Positions 46,546 through 59,551 of a stretch of DNA of 64,000 bases are shown here, piece by piece. The notes beneath the pieces are model-generated. The model searched no databases, was not told the origin of the DNA, and saw only the letters and a list, made by a program, of their open reading frames with translations. The DNA is from the human T2T-CHM13v2.0 reference genome, Homo sapiens, in the NCBI RefSeq assembly GCF_009914755.1, contig NC_060936.1; one strand, 5' to 3'. The number at the start of each line of letters is the position of its first letter. Positions within the stretch are counted from its first letter, which is position 1. The translations under genes and the position numbers were made by a program.

Positions 46546-49500
46546 ATAGCATTAGTGCAGCAAAAAGGAAAAATGGACTCAAAACTAATTTTTCCTAAAA
46601 ATTTGTGCTTTTATTTATCAGATGCTTCTAACTTAGTCCCCACCAGTCTAAGACTAGAACAATATTGGGATTTTCCTTTTCAGAAGTTCTATCATTGGCA
46701 AGTTGTTTTTATTTCCAGAACTCCAACTCAGAAGAAATCACCTCTGAATTCATTGTCTATTTAATAAAGTCAAGATTCTTCAAATTCTCCATTTTATTCA
46801 GTATTAAATAACTTTCAAAATATGGCTATCTTGAAAGTCTCCACTTCCTCATACTTAGCAATTTCCAGCATTATTTAAAAAAAAAATGTGTCTTTTCTTT
46901 GATGCAAAGCAATTACTGGGATACTTTCTTCTCAGAGAGGAAATGCAAAGAACATGATCCTTTCTGCCTGGTCCCTGTACAACATTGAAAACAACTGGGG
47001 TAATTTTTTATTAATGCATTTGTTAAAAAGATGCAACATTTCTACCTCCAAGAAGTTTGAAATATATAAAATGTATTCTGTGTCTCATTATCAGGTCTCT
47101 GACTCAGAGTAACTTTTACAAAGGTTTTTATCTTTTTTTCCCCTCTATGCTTCCCAAAGCATGACTAATGAGGCTGATGAATGTCATCATAGGAGCGCCG
47201 CGTTTCTGGCAGGTAGAAAAAGATCACATTAGGGCTTGGACTTCCAAGTGACATCTAGAAGCAATGAGAAATTCAAACAAGACTACCCTGAGTCTATGCA
47301 GGAATTGGTAGTGTTTGAAATTTGGGAGAAATGTTTTAATTTTTGTGAAAGTCAGTGGTGTTAAAGGTCAGAAATGTAACTACCTCCAGAGTTCTAGCAT
47401 TCAGGGTAGTGAAGATGTGGTGAGAGTTAATGAAATAAAATCAAGAAAGGAAAAACATACATGTTGGTGTCAGGAGATGTGTCTGGTTAAATGTCAGTTC
47501 TTGTTCACAGCAAGTAGAAATGTTCAGTCTTTCAGAGTCACTGCCAAAGGCACCATATACATTTCTCCACATCAGGAACCTGAGAATCGTTTTCTCTTTT
47601 CCCAATTCTACAAGGGTTTATAATTCACAGAACCGTGCAGGGATCGCTTTTGGACATTTGTCCCCTTTACCAGACAGCAGTTAATGAACTTGCATCTCTG
47701 CTTTAAGCTTAGGACACCTAGGTGAAAGCAGCCACTGCTGAATTAGTGTGTACTTCATTAGAAAACTAATGTGAGGAAGATTCCTGGTGGAAATATGGCA
47801 GTGGTTTCTGAGCCTGTGGGCTAGGCAGTGCTTAGTTAGAATCTCAGACCCTGATCCTCCCAGCTCACTCTACCCACAAAGAACAACATATACATATTTA
47901 TTCTTCTGCCAGTGCTTGAAATCAAGCTTGATCAGCCATGGCAGTAGGATGGGAGGTGACCTAGAACAGACTATGGGAAAGTGAGAAGAGAGTCTCTGAT
48001 GTTGATGTGTTCTTGAGGATGTCTTTCTGCATACACCTAGCTGTCTGCAATTATCACTAAGGTGACCTAGAAAATACAGCCAAAGAAACGTATACTGAAT
48101 AATTGTGGGGTATAGTACTATCCTGTTATCTGGTAAATATTAGATATATTTCTTCTCTATAGGATTTTCCGTACATTACCATAATGGATGAGACCCATCC
48201 ATTCCCTAGCTTTTCTGTGATCTCAGCTGTGATTACCAGATTATTATCTCTTGTCCCCTGTTTCAAGCTCTGGATGTATATCACAATAGCTCAGATGCAT
48301 TCTTATGTCTCTGTCTCAAGCTTACTGATGGACGGAAATTACAATAACAGAGTAATGGGACAAAATATTCTCAGACAACATGGATAGGGAGCCATTTGCC
48401 TGGCTCAGATAATGTGTCCTTCTGAAAAGTTACCATATCAAACCATATAACAACCTTTTCCTAATACCTCAACATTTTCATTACACGCTCTGCAGTTCAG
48501 TTGCACTGTACTTTTCTCAGGACCTTGAGCCTCTCTTCTCATCATGTTTCAATATCTGGTTCTTCTGATCCATCAGGTCTAAGCTTAAATATTGACTCTT
48601 TCCTGAAGTCCTTTGTATGTATGGTGATCTTATGTAAGCAGATTTCTCCTGTCATTCTCTCCTCTTCATGCCGCTTTCTTCTTTTCTAGTACTTTTAATT
48701 GCTTTATTTATTTATTTATTTGTGTACTTGTCCATTACTTATCTCTCTTCCTAGTTCTAAGATTCATGAAGGTAGAACAATGTTGATGGGCTTTTTTTTC
48801 CACCACTGACACAGTGCCATATTTATGGAATGAATGAATGTCCTTCCCTGCCTTGGGAAATTTTATTCCACTTTCAAGGCCCAACCTCATCCCTTTATGC
48901 TTCCCCGAAGAATTAATCACTTCTTCCTCTGTGATCCCACAAAAATGTGTACATACATCTATCATTTTAAGAATTTAGCATGTATTACAATAATTTATCT
49001 TGTGTTATATGGCTGTTAATTCACTGATTCTTTCTTACCTCTCCACCTTGTGAGACAAAAAACATAATTTATTGACCTTTTTATCCATATGATAATAATA
49101 ATAATTCCCAACTCTTATTAAGTGCTTTCTGTGTGCATTTAAGTTTTTTTTATCAAACATCATTCTAAACTCTTCATTAAAGGTTGGCAGAATGAGACAT
49201 TAAGCATACTACCTAGGGCATAGTTAACCCTGTAAAATGTAAATGAATGAATAATAAATATCTATTCCAATCTTGGTCTTAAAAACTTATGATGAAGATA
49301 AGGTAATGTACTTAAATATTATATACTACTCTTTAAACAGATAGACAGCAGAAAAATTACTGTGTTCACTATCAAATTACCCTAAAACATAGCAACTTAA
49401 AACAACAAACGTTTTTTATCTCACACAGTTTCTGAATTAGGAAGTAAGGAATCTGGAAGTAGCTTAGCTGTAATTCTAAATTATTTTTGGTAAAATTATG

Positions 49501-49911
49501 CCACTTAGAAAGATAAGTCTATAGATTAGGGTTATAGTGGAATAAACGTTAGCTCGTTAGCAGGAACCCTGCAGAATTATAGTGGGGAACTTTTTATAAG
49601 AATACTGGGATTTGATATATTTGATAAGAATAGTGTATTTGACAGACATCTTACAACAAAAAGTGAGCAAAGTCCAATTGTCTGCTTTCTTTGGGGAGGG
49701 GAATGAAGAGGCTTCCAAAAGAAGTAACTGGAGACGTCAGGGATAGTCTTTTTAATAACTTCAGATAGCTTTCAAGAGTAGATACTGAAACATACATGAC
49801 CCTTAAGCTTTCCTCACTTTTTGTGAACAGCCTTAAGCCAGAAATAGGGCTTAACACTGCCTTCCCCATGGAAACACTGAAATTGGGAATAGCCCTATGG
49901 CCAGATCTTTA

Positions 49912-50282
<371 letters not shown>

Positions 50283-50424
50283 TTACAGATAAAAACTAAT
50301 AAAAGCATCCAGGGAAAGAAGACCCTTGATAAAGAAGTATGTAAATATGTAAACAGAAAAGATATTGGAAAAACAATTGTGCTAGTTAACAAACTGAAGG
50401 GGGGAAAAGGTCAGTAAAAAATAA

Positions 50425-50770
<346 letters not shown>

Positions 50771-51135
50771 GCTTTACTCTTAAGTTCACGAGAAAAATTT
50801 ATGTAAATGTTATAGAACAGTCTTGAAAATGTTTTTTTGATGATGAGTATTAGAATACCTCCCTTTAACTCTGGTGCTGTGATATCACATCTCCCAGAAG
50901 GTCAACAAACCACTCAGGTGGTGGGATCTATTGTGTAAATGAATCTGCCAGATTAACTGCTCCACTAAACACCTCTTCTTTGAGATCCATAGGGACTTCC
51001 CTATTAAAACACAGGCCAAGGCTAGTTTGAAAATGTACTGGTATCCTTGTGCCTAAATCAAGCTCACATTGAAGGTCTCTATAATGTCCTGTACTGGCCT
51101 CCTTATGGACTTAAAGTTCTACTGATATACGTAGT

Positions 51136-51562
51136 GTAGGGGAGGAAAAACTTTTCTTCAACCCTCGTTGGTTCAGTAACTGGGGCCCTGCAAATTAAAC
51201 TGACCAAAAATAGGCTAGCAGGATAAATAGTTATGTATGCACCCAGAGGCGTCCACAGAAACAAAATGAAGACAAAGAAACAGACTTGGAGGCTTTATAT
51301 ACCATTTTAACAAACAGCAGTATAAAGAAGTGGCAAGACAAAGGAAAGGGAGTTCAGCCTTGTAGGGGTGGTAAATTGTGGATTTTCCTGGTATGAAAGA
51401 GTGAAGGGAGGACGTTTTCTTAAACAAAAATGTATGCCCTGCTTTCAAGCAAGTAGGGGGAGGGCACAGAGCTTTTCTGTGCCTGCTATTTCTTGATTGC
51501 CTTCAGCTTAAAATAATTCTTATGTCAAAGAGGAAAATTTTGGGGTGGCATACTCTGATCTG
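51136..51562 (-). mobile_element. ERV1 solo LTR, MER34-like
   Basis: TGTAGGGGAGGAAAAA...TTTTGGGGTGGCATACTCTGATC. Confidence 0.6.
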
Positions 51563-51711
51563 TAGAATTCAGTAGAATTTTTAGGGCTGAATCTATCAAG
51601 GTTATGTTGACACATTCAAAACATATTCAAGCTTGCACAATAACTTCTAAAAACAGTAGATAAAGAACTAAAATCAATAGTTGAAAGCCTAATTTAAAAA
51701 AAAGACTCTCT

Positions 51712-52018
<307 letters not shown>

Positions 52019-52589
52019 GACTCACCATAACTTGTACTGGTCCTTACGTCAAATAACACAATCTGCAATGATATATATTAGTTTAGGACCTCAGGGTCAT
52101 AAACAAAACTGCCATTCCTGAACTTTCTGTATACTGAGCTCTAATACTATTTTCTTGTGGGGTTACATATTCTGGACTTAGAAATCTGTGCTATGCCCTC
52201 TTTAGTGGTTCCTTAGGGTAGATTGAAATAGTTAATCGTGCTCACTTTTTCCTGGTAAAGTCAACGATATGCTTTGACAGTTATGCTTTAGTGATTTACC
52301 TTTTTTTCACAAGTTCATGATTAGGACCTTCTGAACCTTAAATTTCCTTGAAACTCTACTTGTATCCCATATGTAGATGACCACTTGTTATATTCTAAAA
52401 ATGAGTTGAGCTCTCTTAGTCATTTATGTTCTTACAGTTTTAACTCAGAAAGGACTTAAAGTTAGAAGGAAAGTTACAATTTTCTCAAAACAGATTGTGT
52501 GACTTAGATCAAGATTTATTCAAGAGTAAATACCCCACTTAGGACAGAGGAAAAGCCATTCAACAGTTTTCCAGGCCAAAGCTACACAC

Positions 52590-52762
52590 CATGATATACA
52601 CCTGTAGTCCTAGCTTCTCAGGAGGCTGAGGCAGGAGCAGGAGGATCTCTTGAGCCCAGGAATTTCAGCCTGTCTAGGATTGCTCCAGTGAATAGCAACT
52701 GTACTCCAGCCTGGGCAAAAAACCAAGATCCCATCTCTAAAACAAAAACAAACACAAACAAA
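52590..52762 (+). mobile_element. Alu monomer (FAM-like)
   Basis: Single arm with GTGAATAGC motif. Confidence 0.7.
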
Positions 52763-54336
52763 CTTTTCTGGGCCAGTTATTCAGAGTCAATTAAGAGGAT
52801 TCCAACTGTCCTAAAATCATCATGACTCTATCTGATTTAAACAAGTTTTAAATAATCAAAACTCTTCCTTGGGAGCCTAGATATGAGCCAGCATTTTATG
52901 ATTTAAAATGAGATTTTTAACATCTTCATATGCTGAGTCATCTTAAGTATTTTAAACCACTTTACCTATTTGCATATAAGCAATGATGGACAAGCCCTTA
53001 GTATTCTGACTCAGCTTTATAGCATTTATCAGAGACTTGCTACAGCTTTCCTCTTGACCCAATGGCAAAAGTGCACCTTCCTTGTCTCAGGGCAATAGCA
53101 ACTCAGCTAAATTAGTGAAGGCTACTGCTAACTCACTCGTAGGGTCTCCCTTAGACTCAATGGACCCTCATCATGTACAATAGTTGCATGCTAAAAATTC
53201 ACTATATTTCTTTCTTTTTTTACTTTATTCAATCTGTAGAGATTGTCAAAATTTTCCGATGCCAACTGTATTGCAAATCATCACCACCGGGTATTGGGAA
53301 GTTTTCAATTAGCAATAATCACACCTCAGAAAAACCTCACTGGCTGCATGAAGCTGAAAATGTACTTAAAGGATATGCTTACTATTCATGAAATTTTATT
53401 GCTTTCTCACTTACGTTTCCTTCCCTGGTAGTACCATAATATATGTACTGTTGCTTTCCTTCTTTTACCAGAAGAAGGGGTAAATCATGACTGCCTAATC
53501 TCTGGCCAAGAACAGTCCATGCCCTAAACAGATTAGAAACTCTTCCAGAAAATTGAGAGTTAGCCTTGTTTGTTCATGGCGATACTGTTTGGATTTGTGT
53601 TCCTGCCCAAATCTCATGTCAAATTGTGATCCTCAGTGTTGAAGGAGGGGCCTGAAGGGAGGTGACTGGATCATGGGGGCAGATTTTTTCCCTTGCTATT
53701 CTCATGATAGTGAATTATCGTGAGATCTGGCTGTTTCAAAGTGTGTAGCACCTTTCCCTTTGCTCTCTTCCTTCTGCTGAAGCCATGTAGGACATGCCTG
53801 CTTCTACTTCACCTTCTGCCATAATTGGAAGTTTCCTGAGACCTCCCTAGCCATCCTTCCTGTACAGCCTGCAGAACCCATGAGCCAATTAAACCTCTTT
53901 TCTTTATAAATTACCCAGTCTCAGGTAGTTCTTTATAACAATGCAAGAATGGACTAATACAGAAAATTGGTACCAGGAGTGAGGCACTGCTGTAAATATA
54001 CCTGAAAATGTGGAAGCAGCTTTGGAACTGGGTAATGGGCAGAGGTTGGAACAGTTTGGAGGGCTCAGAAGAAGACAGGAAGGTGAGGGCAAGTTTGGAA
54101 CTTCCTAGAGACTTGTTAAATGGCTGTGACCAAAATGCTGATAGTGATATCGACAGTGACGTCCAGGCTGAGGAGGTCTCAGATGGAAATGAGGAACTTA
54201 TTGGGAACTGGAGTAAAGGTAACTCTTGATATGCTTTAGCAAAGAGATGGCAGCATTGCGCCCCTGCTCTAGGGATCTGTGGAACTTTGAACTTGAGAGT
54301 GATGATTTAGAAAAAATGGCAGATGAAATTTCTAAG

Positions 54337-54759
54337 TGCAGCTTGCTCTTCAGTGAACACCAATAAATAAGTATTCAGACAGTTACAGCTGAACAGGGCG
54401 GGGAGCAGCTCCTCCAAGGGAGTGCTGCTTTAAGATCTGTCTGCCAGGTATTTACTGAGAAGGCTTGTTAAACTACAGTTTAGACAAATAAGAAACATCC
54501 ACCAGGTGGCTATTTGGGGTCGGGTCATGAGGTGCATATGGCCTCTGTTTATTACGTCTGAAAGCACTCAAACCACATTCTTAGGAGGCTGTGTTCAGCA
54601 CTCCTTATCACACATCCTGTTCCTTGTCTTGTTTTCAGGGTCAAGGAGTTACAGTCTCATGCACAAACAACATACACACAGTGCCTCAGTATTTTTCCAT
54701 GCTTCGATCTCAAATGCCTTGTACATAAGCTTGACTGTATTGTTGTACACCCCCCCATA
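54337..54759 (-). mobile_element. 3' LTR of the provirus (LTR3-like)
   Basis: Direct repeat of 59130-59551. Preceded on the minus strand by purine tract AAAAAAGGGGGCGA. Confidence 0.92.
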
Positions 54760-57060
54760 TCGCCCCCTTTTTTGTTTATTAATATATACTTTAAGAGTTC
54801 GATGAGCTTGTTCAACAATGGCCTGACCAGTTGAGTTATAAGGAATACCAGTTTTATGTTGTATGTGCCAATGTTTCAATGCATATGCAAATCGAGCGCT
54901 AAGATAGCGAGGACCATTATCAGTTTTTATAGTTTTTGGAAGGCCTAAGGTCATAATAGATTTTAAAAGATGAGCAATTGCTCTTTAGTTTTTTGTCCAG
55001 TCCAGGGAGTAGCATGTTTCAGGCCCGTATAAGTGTCCACAGTAACGTGGAGAAATTTAAAGCATTCAAAGGTGGATGCTGAGTAATATCAGTGTACCAG
55101 ATAGCATTAGGTACCAGACCTCATGGGTTGGCACCAAGTTCCAATGAAAAAGGGGAGAGAGAATGCCCTTGGCAATCAGGACAAGTTTTAATAATCATGC
55201 GAGCTTGAGCAAGCGTTAAATGAAACTGTTGTGTAAGACTGCGGGCGTTCTGATGAAAAAAAGGAATGATCAGCTTGAGCTCACAAAAAAGCAAGAGAGT
55301 CTGAAAACCACATCTGTGGTTGTACCAGAGCATCAACTCAAACATTCCCTTCTGACAGGGACCAGGTAGCCCAGAATGAGAGCGAATATGTGTGATATAA
55401 AGGGGGTGATGACGGGCACAGAGGAGCTCCTGCACTGTGAGAAGTAGGGTTAGTAGGGGTTCATTAGTAGTGCCTTTCAGATGTGCGAGATCTAAATGAG
55501 TAATACTACACACCGCATAAGAGGAATCACTAATTATATTTATGTCTTGGTGAGGAAAAGTTTGTAAGGCCAGCATTAGGGCACCTAACTTTGCCTGTTG
55601 CATAGTTTTGAAATGTTCCTGGATTTTGTGCTGCCAATTTTGCATGGCATCTTGCACACTATACCTGCCTTTTTTGTTTTTCCTGAATCATCTGTAAAGA
55701 CAGTAGTGGCGTGAGGCAAGGGCTCAGAAACAACAATAGATACGAATTTTTAACAGGTACAGTTTGTAAAAAGTTCAGGAGCTTAGAGGCTGGTAAATGG
55801 AAACTGATATTACCAACAAAGTCGGCCATTGCAACTTGCCAATCAAGATCACAAGCTAACAGAGTATGAAATTGTTCCTTGCTTAAAGGTAAGAAAAGAG
55901 TAGCAGGGTCATATCCTGACAATTGGATGGCATCCCTTTATGAGAAGAGAAGCTATTAAATCTGTGGTCTTTTGTATGTGTTTAGAGGGGTTATGAGGCA
56001 GGTAAAGCCACTCCAAAGGAGACACATCTGTTCCAACTTGCCCAAGCATCCTTGTAGGGCTATGAGAGGTATTAAAAAGATCTAGAGGTCTGTCAGGATC
56101 TAAACGCGAGATGCACCATTGGGCCAAGGCTTGCTCCACAGTGTTAAGGTCTGCCTGTGCTAGTGGAGAGAGGTCTCGCAGCAAATTTAAAGCAGGGTGA
56201 CCTTTCAGGGTGACAAAAGATTAGTCAAGGAATTTGCAGGAATGCCTAAATAGGGACATATCCAATTAATCTGTCCGAAGACTTGCTGTAATGTATTAAG
56301 GGTTAAGTGCTGTGGAAGAATTGTTTTTGTAAGTTGTGGCCTAGGGGTAGTAGATAAAATAAGACTTCCTAGATAGAGCCACAGAGATGTCAGCTGGACT
56401 TTTTTGTGTGTGTAATAACAAGACCATACTATGACATACGCTATATTACCATTGTGTAAAGTTGATGCAGTAATGACTGGTATTGAGCAGCTATCAAAAT
56501 ATCATCCACATAGTGGAAGATTTTTGCCTGGGGGAAGGATGGACGCACAGAAAGTAAAGCTTCAAGTACGTAAAGCTGACATGTAGTGGGCTATTTATCA
56601 TCTCTTGGGGTAGAACTCTCCATTGATAACGTTGAACTGGTTGCTGATTGTTATAAGTGGGAATGGTAAAAGTAAATTTTTCTCGATCCTCGGGATGCAA
56701 GGGTATGGTAAAAAAACAATTTCTTAGATTAATGATAATAAGAAGCCAGTCTTTGGGGATCATACCCGGAGAAGGCAAACTTGGTTGCAAAGGTCCCATA
56801 GGAAGCATCACAGCATTAATAGCACAGAGGTCATGCAATAACCTCCATTTTCCTGACCTCTTTGGAATAGTAAAAATAGGAGTGTTCCAGGGACTAGCAG
56901 GAGGCTCAATGTGGCCAGCATGTTGTTCTTGTACTAGACGTTGAATATGTTCCAATTTTTCCTTCTTAATGGGCCACTGCTCCACCCATACTGGGCTAGT
57001 AGTTTTCCTCTTAATTTTGATAATTTTCAAAGGAGCAGTGGCCCCTACCAAAAAGGTGGC
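54760..57060 (-). pseudogene. pol: ERV pol remnant (RT, RNase H, IN truncated after the catalytic core)
   Basis: [39 protein letters not shown] and [10 protein letters not shown] (RT). IISDSSYA and HIRSHSGLPGP (RNase H). HSFFH..CPDC, IKTDNGP and GIPYNSTGQAIVEQAHRTLK (IN). Many frameshifts. Confidence 0.93.
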
Positions 57061-57817
57061 AGGACAGAGAGGTTTAAGCCCCACTGTTCTAGGGCATCTT
57101 GTCCCCACAGAGAAAATGGAATTTCTAAGATAAAGGGCTGAACCTGGGCAACCTTGCCTTCCAGGCCCAAAAGTGGAAGGTTATGCCTACTTTTTAATGG
57201 CTGCTGATACTCTCCAACACCCATGATAGAACATAAGGCAGAAGAGGAGGCCCAATCTGAAGGCCAGTGTTTTTTAGCTATAATAGTTTGATCAGCTCTT
57301 GTGTCAATAATTCCCATAAACATAACTCCATTAATTTTTACTTCCAAGTATGGTTTATGAGATGACACTGGACTACTCCAAAAAACTTTCATGCCTGAGT
57401 GGCCGAATCCTGAGGCCCCACCATTTTCTGTTGAGTATTACCTTGAAGGTAAGGAATAAGAATAGTCTGAGCAAGGCGAGTTCCTTTAGAGATGGTGTGG
57501 ACCCCTGACACCTGTGCCATAAGTTTTATTTCTCCTAAATAGTCTGAATCTATCACTCCAGGGAGAATTTGAATCCCTTTAAGTGTATTAGAAGACCTTC
57601 CAATAATCAATCCAAACATTCCTCTGGGTAACCGGTCACAGATTCCAGTTGAAATCAACTGGACCGCATCTTGCTCTTTAAGCACCATGACTGTTATGAC
57701 TGCGAGGTCCAGCCCTTCGCTGCTGGAGGTGGCAGAAGAGAGGTCATGGATGCTATTTCTGGTCCTGACTCCGAGGAAAAAGCTATTCCCCAAGTCTGGG
57801 GATTGGTGTTCCTCCAT
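57045..57817 (-). pseudogene. pro: ERV dUTPase-protease remnant
   Basis: dUTPase motifs EGLDL, GRSS and GVIDSDYLGEIK. Protease IIDTRADQTII (DTGAD mutated) and LWGQDAL (GRD mutated). Frameshift near 57400. Confidence 0.92.
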
Positions 57818-57819
57818 GG

Positions 57820-58985
57820 ATTTTTCTGGGCGCTGGAGATCTCACCCCTCTTCCTGTTTCTTGATAACGGGTTTCCATCCTTATCAAATTTTGATTTGCA
57901 CTGGTTAGCCCAGTGCTTACCTTTACTGCATTGCAGGCATTCTTTAGAGGGTATTTTAGAGGCCTTTGATTTCTTTGGGACTCCCTTCTATCAGCATTCT
58001 TTGGCCATATGCCCGGTTTGGCCACAGTTATAACATGTGGCCCCAGTCATCATTGCAGCAAAAGTCTGGGCCAGATGAGTTGTAGTGCCTACATTCTGGC
58101 ATGCTTTAATAAACACACTGATTTCAGTGGCAGTGGCTCGGACTGGGGTTATTGCTGCCTGACAATCCTTATTTGCATTTTCAAAAGCCAATTACAACTT
58201 AAGAAGTTTGGTGGCTTCAGGATGGGGTACCTGTCTTTTGATTGCAGCCTGCAATTGGTTGATAAATTCAATGTATGTTTCTGTTGCATCCTGTCTAACC
58301 ATCACAAAGGAACCCTGGGATTGTCCCACGGGTATCCTCTTCCATACTTGTATGGCTAGCTGCGAGCATTGAGGAAATCAACTGCTGTCCACCTGAGCCT
58401 GAGCCTGAGCTGAAGAAAAGGCCCTGTTACCAATAGCATATAAAGCTGTATCAGGATATCATTATCCAAAATTTGTAATCATTGCTGCATGGCTAAATGA
58501 CTGTACTCGCTCCCCCACACAGTATATTCGGCAGCTGAAACCAAAACTTTTACCAGAGTGTCTTCTTTATGCCCTACTGAAGGGAGTGAAGTGGGGCGAG
58601 GAGCCCCTCTTTGTTGTTCTGGTTCCTGTGTACCCTTTCCCTTTAAATCTTCTGAATTCCCTTCAGGTGAAGAAAATGGGTGATGTGACTCATCACAATC
58701 TGGCATATCAAAAGGGTATAACGCAGAGTGTAACCAACTCCAGGTGGTCAAAACGGTAACATTAGCAAAATGGCCCTGCTCCAATCCTCTTTTCAGGCAG
58801 CAACGCACCTGCTCCCATAACTTTAAATCTAATGTTCCTTGATCATGTAACCAAGGGCATTCCTGCCAAATTAAAAGCATAAGCTTATGCAAAGCTTCAG
58901 ACTCTACAGTGCACTGGATAGCCTTAAGTAATTGTTGCACCATTTTATAAAAAACTTTCTGCTCTTTGGTCAACTCCTGACTCAT
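57820..58985 (-). pseudogene. gag: ERV gag remnant (MA, partial CA, NC)
   Basis: MSQELTKEQ...CPWLHDQGTLDLKLWEQV is matrix-like. MHR-like GSFVMVRQDATETYIEFINQL and LAFENANKDC follow, then two CCHC knuckles CYNCGQTGHMAKEC and [14 protein letters not shown]. Contains stop codons. Confidence 0.9.
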
Positions 58986-59109
58986 GGTAACCCGACCCTT
59001 GGTATTATACACTTTGGTCACATCCTCCTGAAAACGGGTTGGGACTGTTCCTTACTGGTATTCCCCAAAGATTGGTGAGTCATCCTACTCCACGTGTAAC
59101 TTCAAAGCA

Positions 59110-59127
59110 GTCGCATCAGGGTCACCA
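59110..59127 (-). promoter_or_regulatory. Primer binding site, best match tRNA-Trp
   Basis: Minus strand TGGTGACCCTGATGCGAC, 2 nt after the 5' LTR. Matches 14/18 to TGGTGACCCCGACGTGAT, the complement of the tRNA-Trp 3' end. Confidence 0.75.
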
Positions 59128-59129
59128 CT

Positions 59130-59551
59130 TGCAGGTTGCTCTGCAGTGAACGCCGAGAAATAAGTATTCATACAATTACAATGAACGGGGTGGGGAGCAG
59201 CTCCTTCAAGGGATTGCTGCTTTAAGATCTGTCTGTCAAGTATTTGTTGAGAAGGCTTGTTAAACTACAATTTAGACAAACAAGAAACATCCACCAGGTG
59301 GCTATTTGGGGGTCAGGTCATGAGGTACATATGGCCTTATTTATTACATCTGAAAGCACTCAAACCACATTCTTAGGATGCTGTCTTCAGCACTCCTTAT
59401 CACACATCCTGTTCCTTGTCCTGTTTTCAGAGTCAAGGAGTTACAGTATCATGCACAAACAACATACACACAGTGCCTTAGTATTTTTCCATGCCTCAAC
59501 CTCAAATGCCTTGTATATAAGCTTGAATGTATTGTCGTACACCCCCACACA
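59130..59551 (-). mobile_element. 5' LTR of the provirus (LTR3-like)
   Basis: Minus strand reads TGTGTGGGGGTGTAC...CCTGCA, then AG and the PBS. About 91% identical to 54337-54759 by manual alignment. Confidence 0.92.

Larger units (their letters stand above)
54337..59551 (-). mobile_element. Defective class II endogenous retrovirus (HERV-K supergroup, HML-6/HERVK3-like), two LTRs, env deleted
   Basis: Paired ~422 bp LTRs, PBS, and gag, dUTPase-pro, RT, RNase H and IN remnants in betaretroviral order. PPT present. 5 bp target duplication CTAAG (54332-54336) / CTGAG (59552-59556). Class II call is secure; HML-6 is from recall. Confidence 0.93.
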
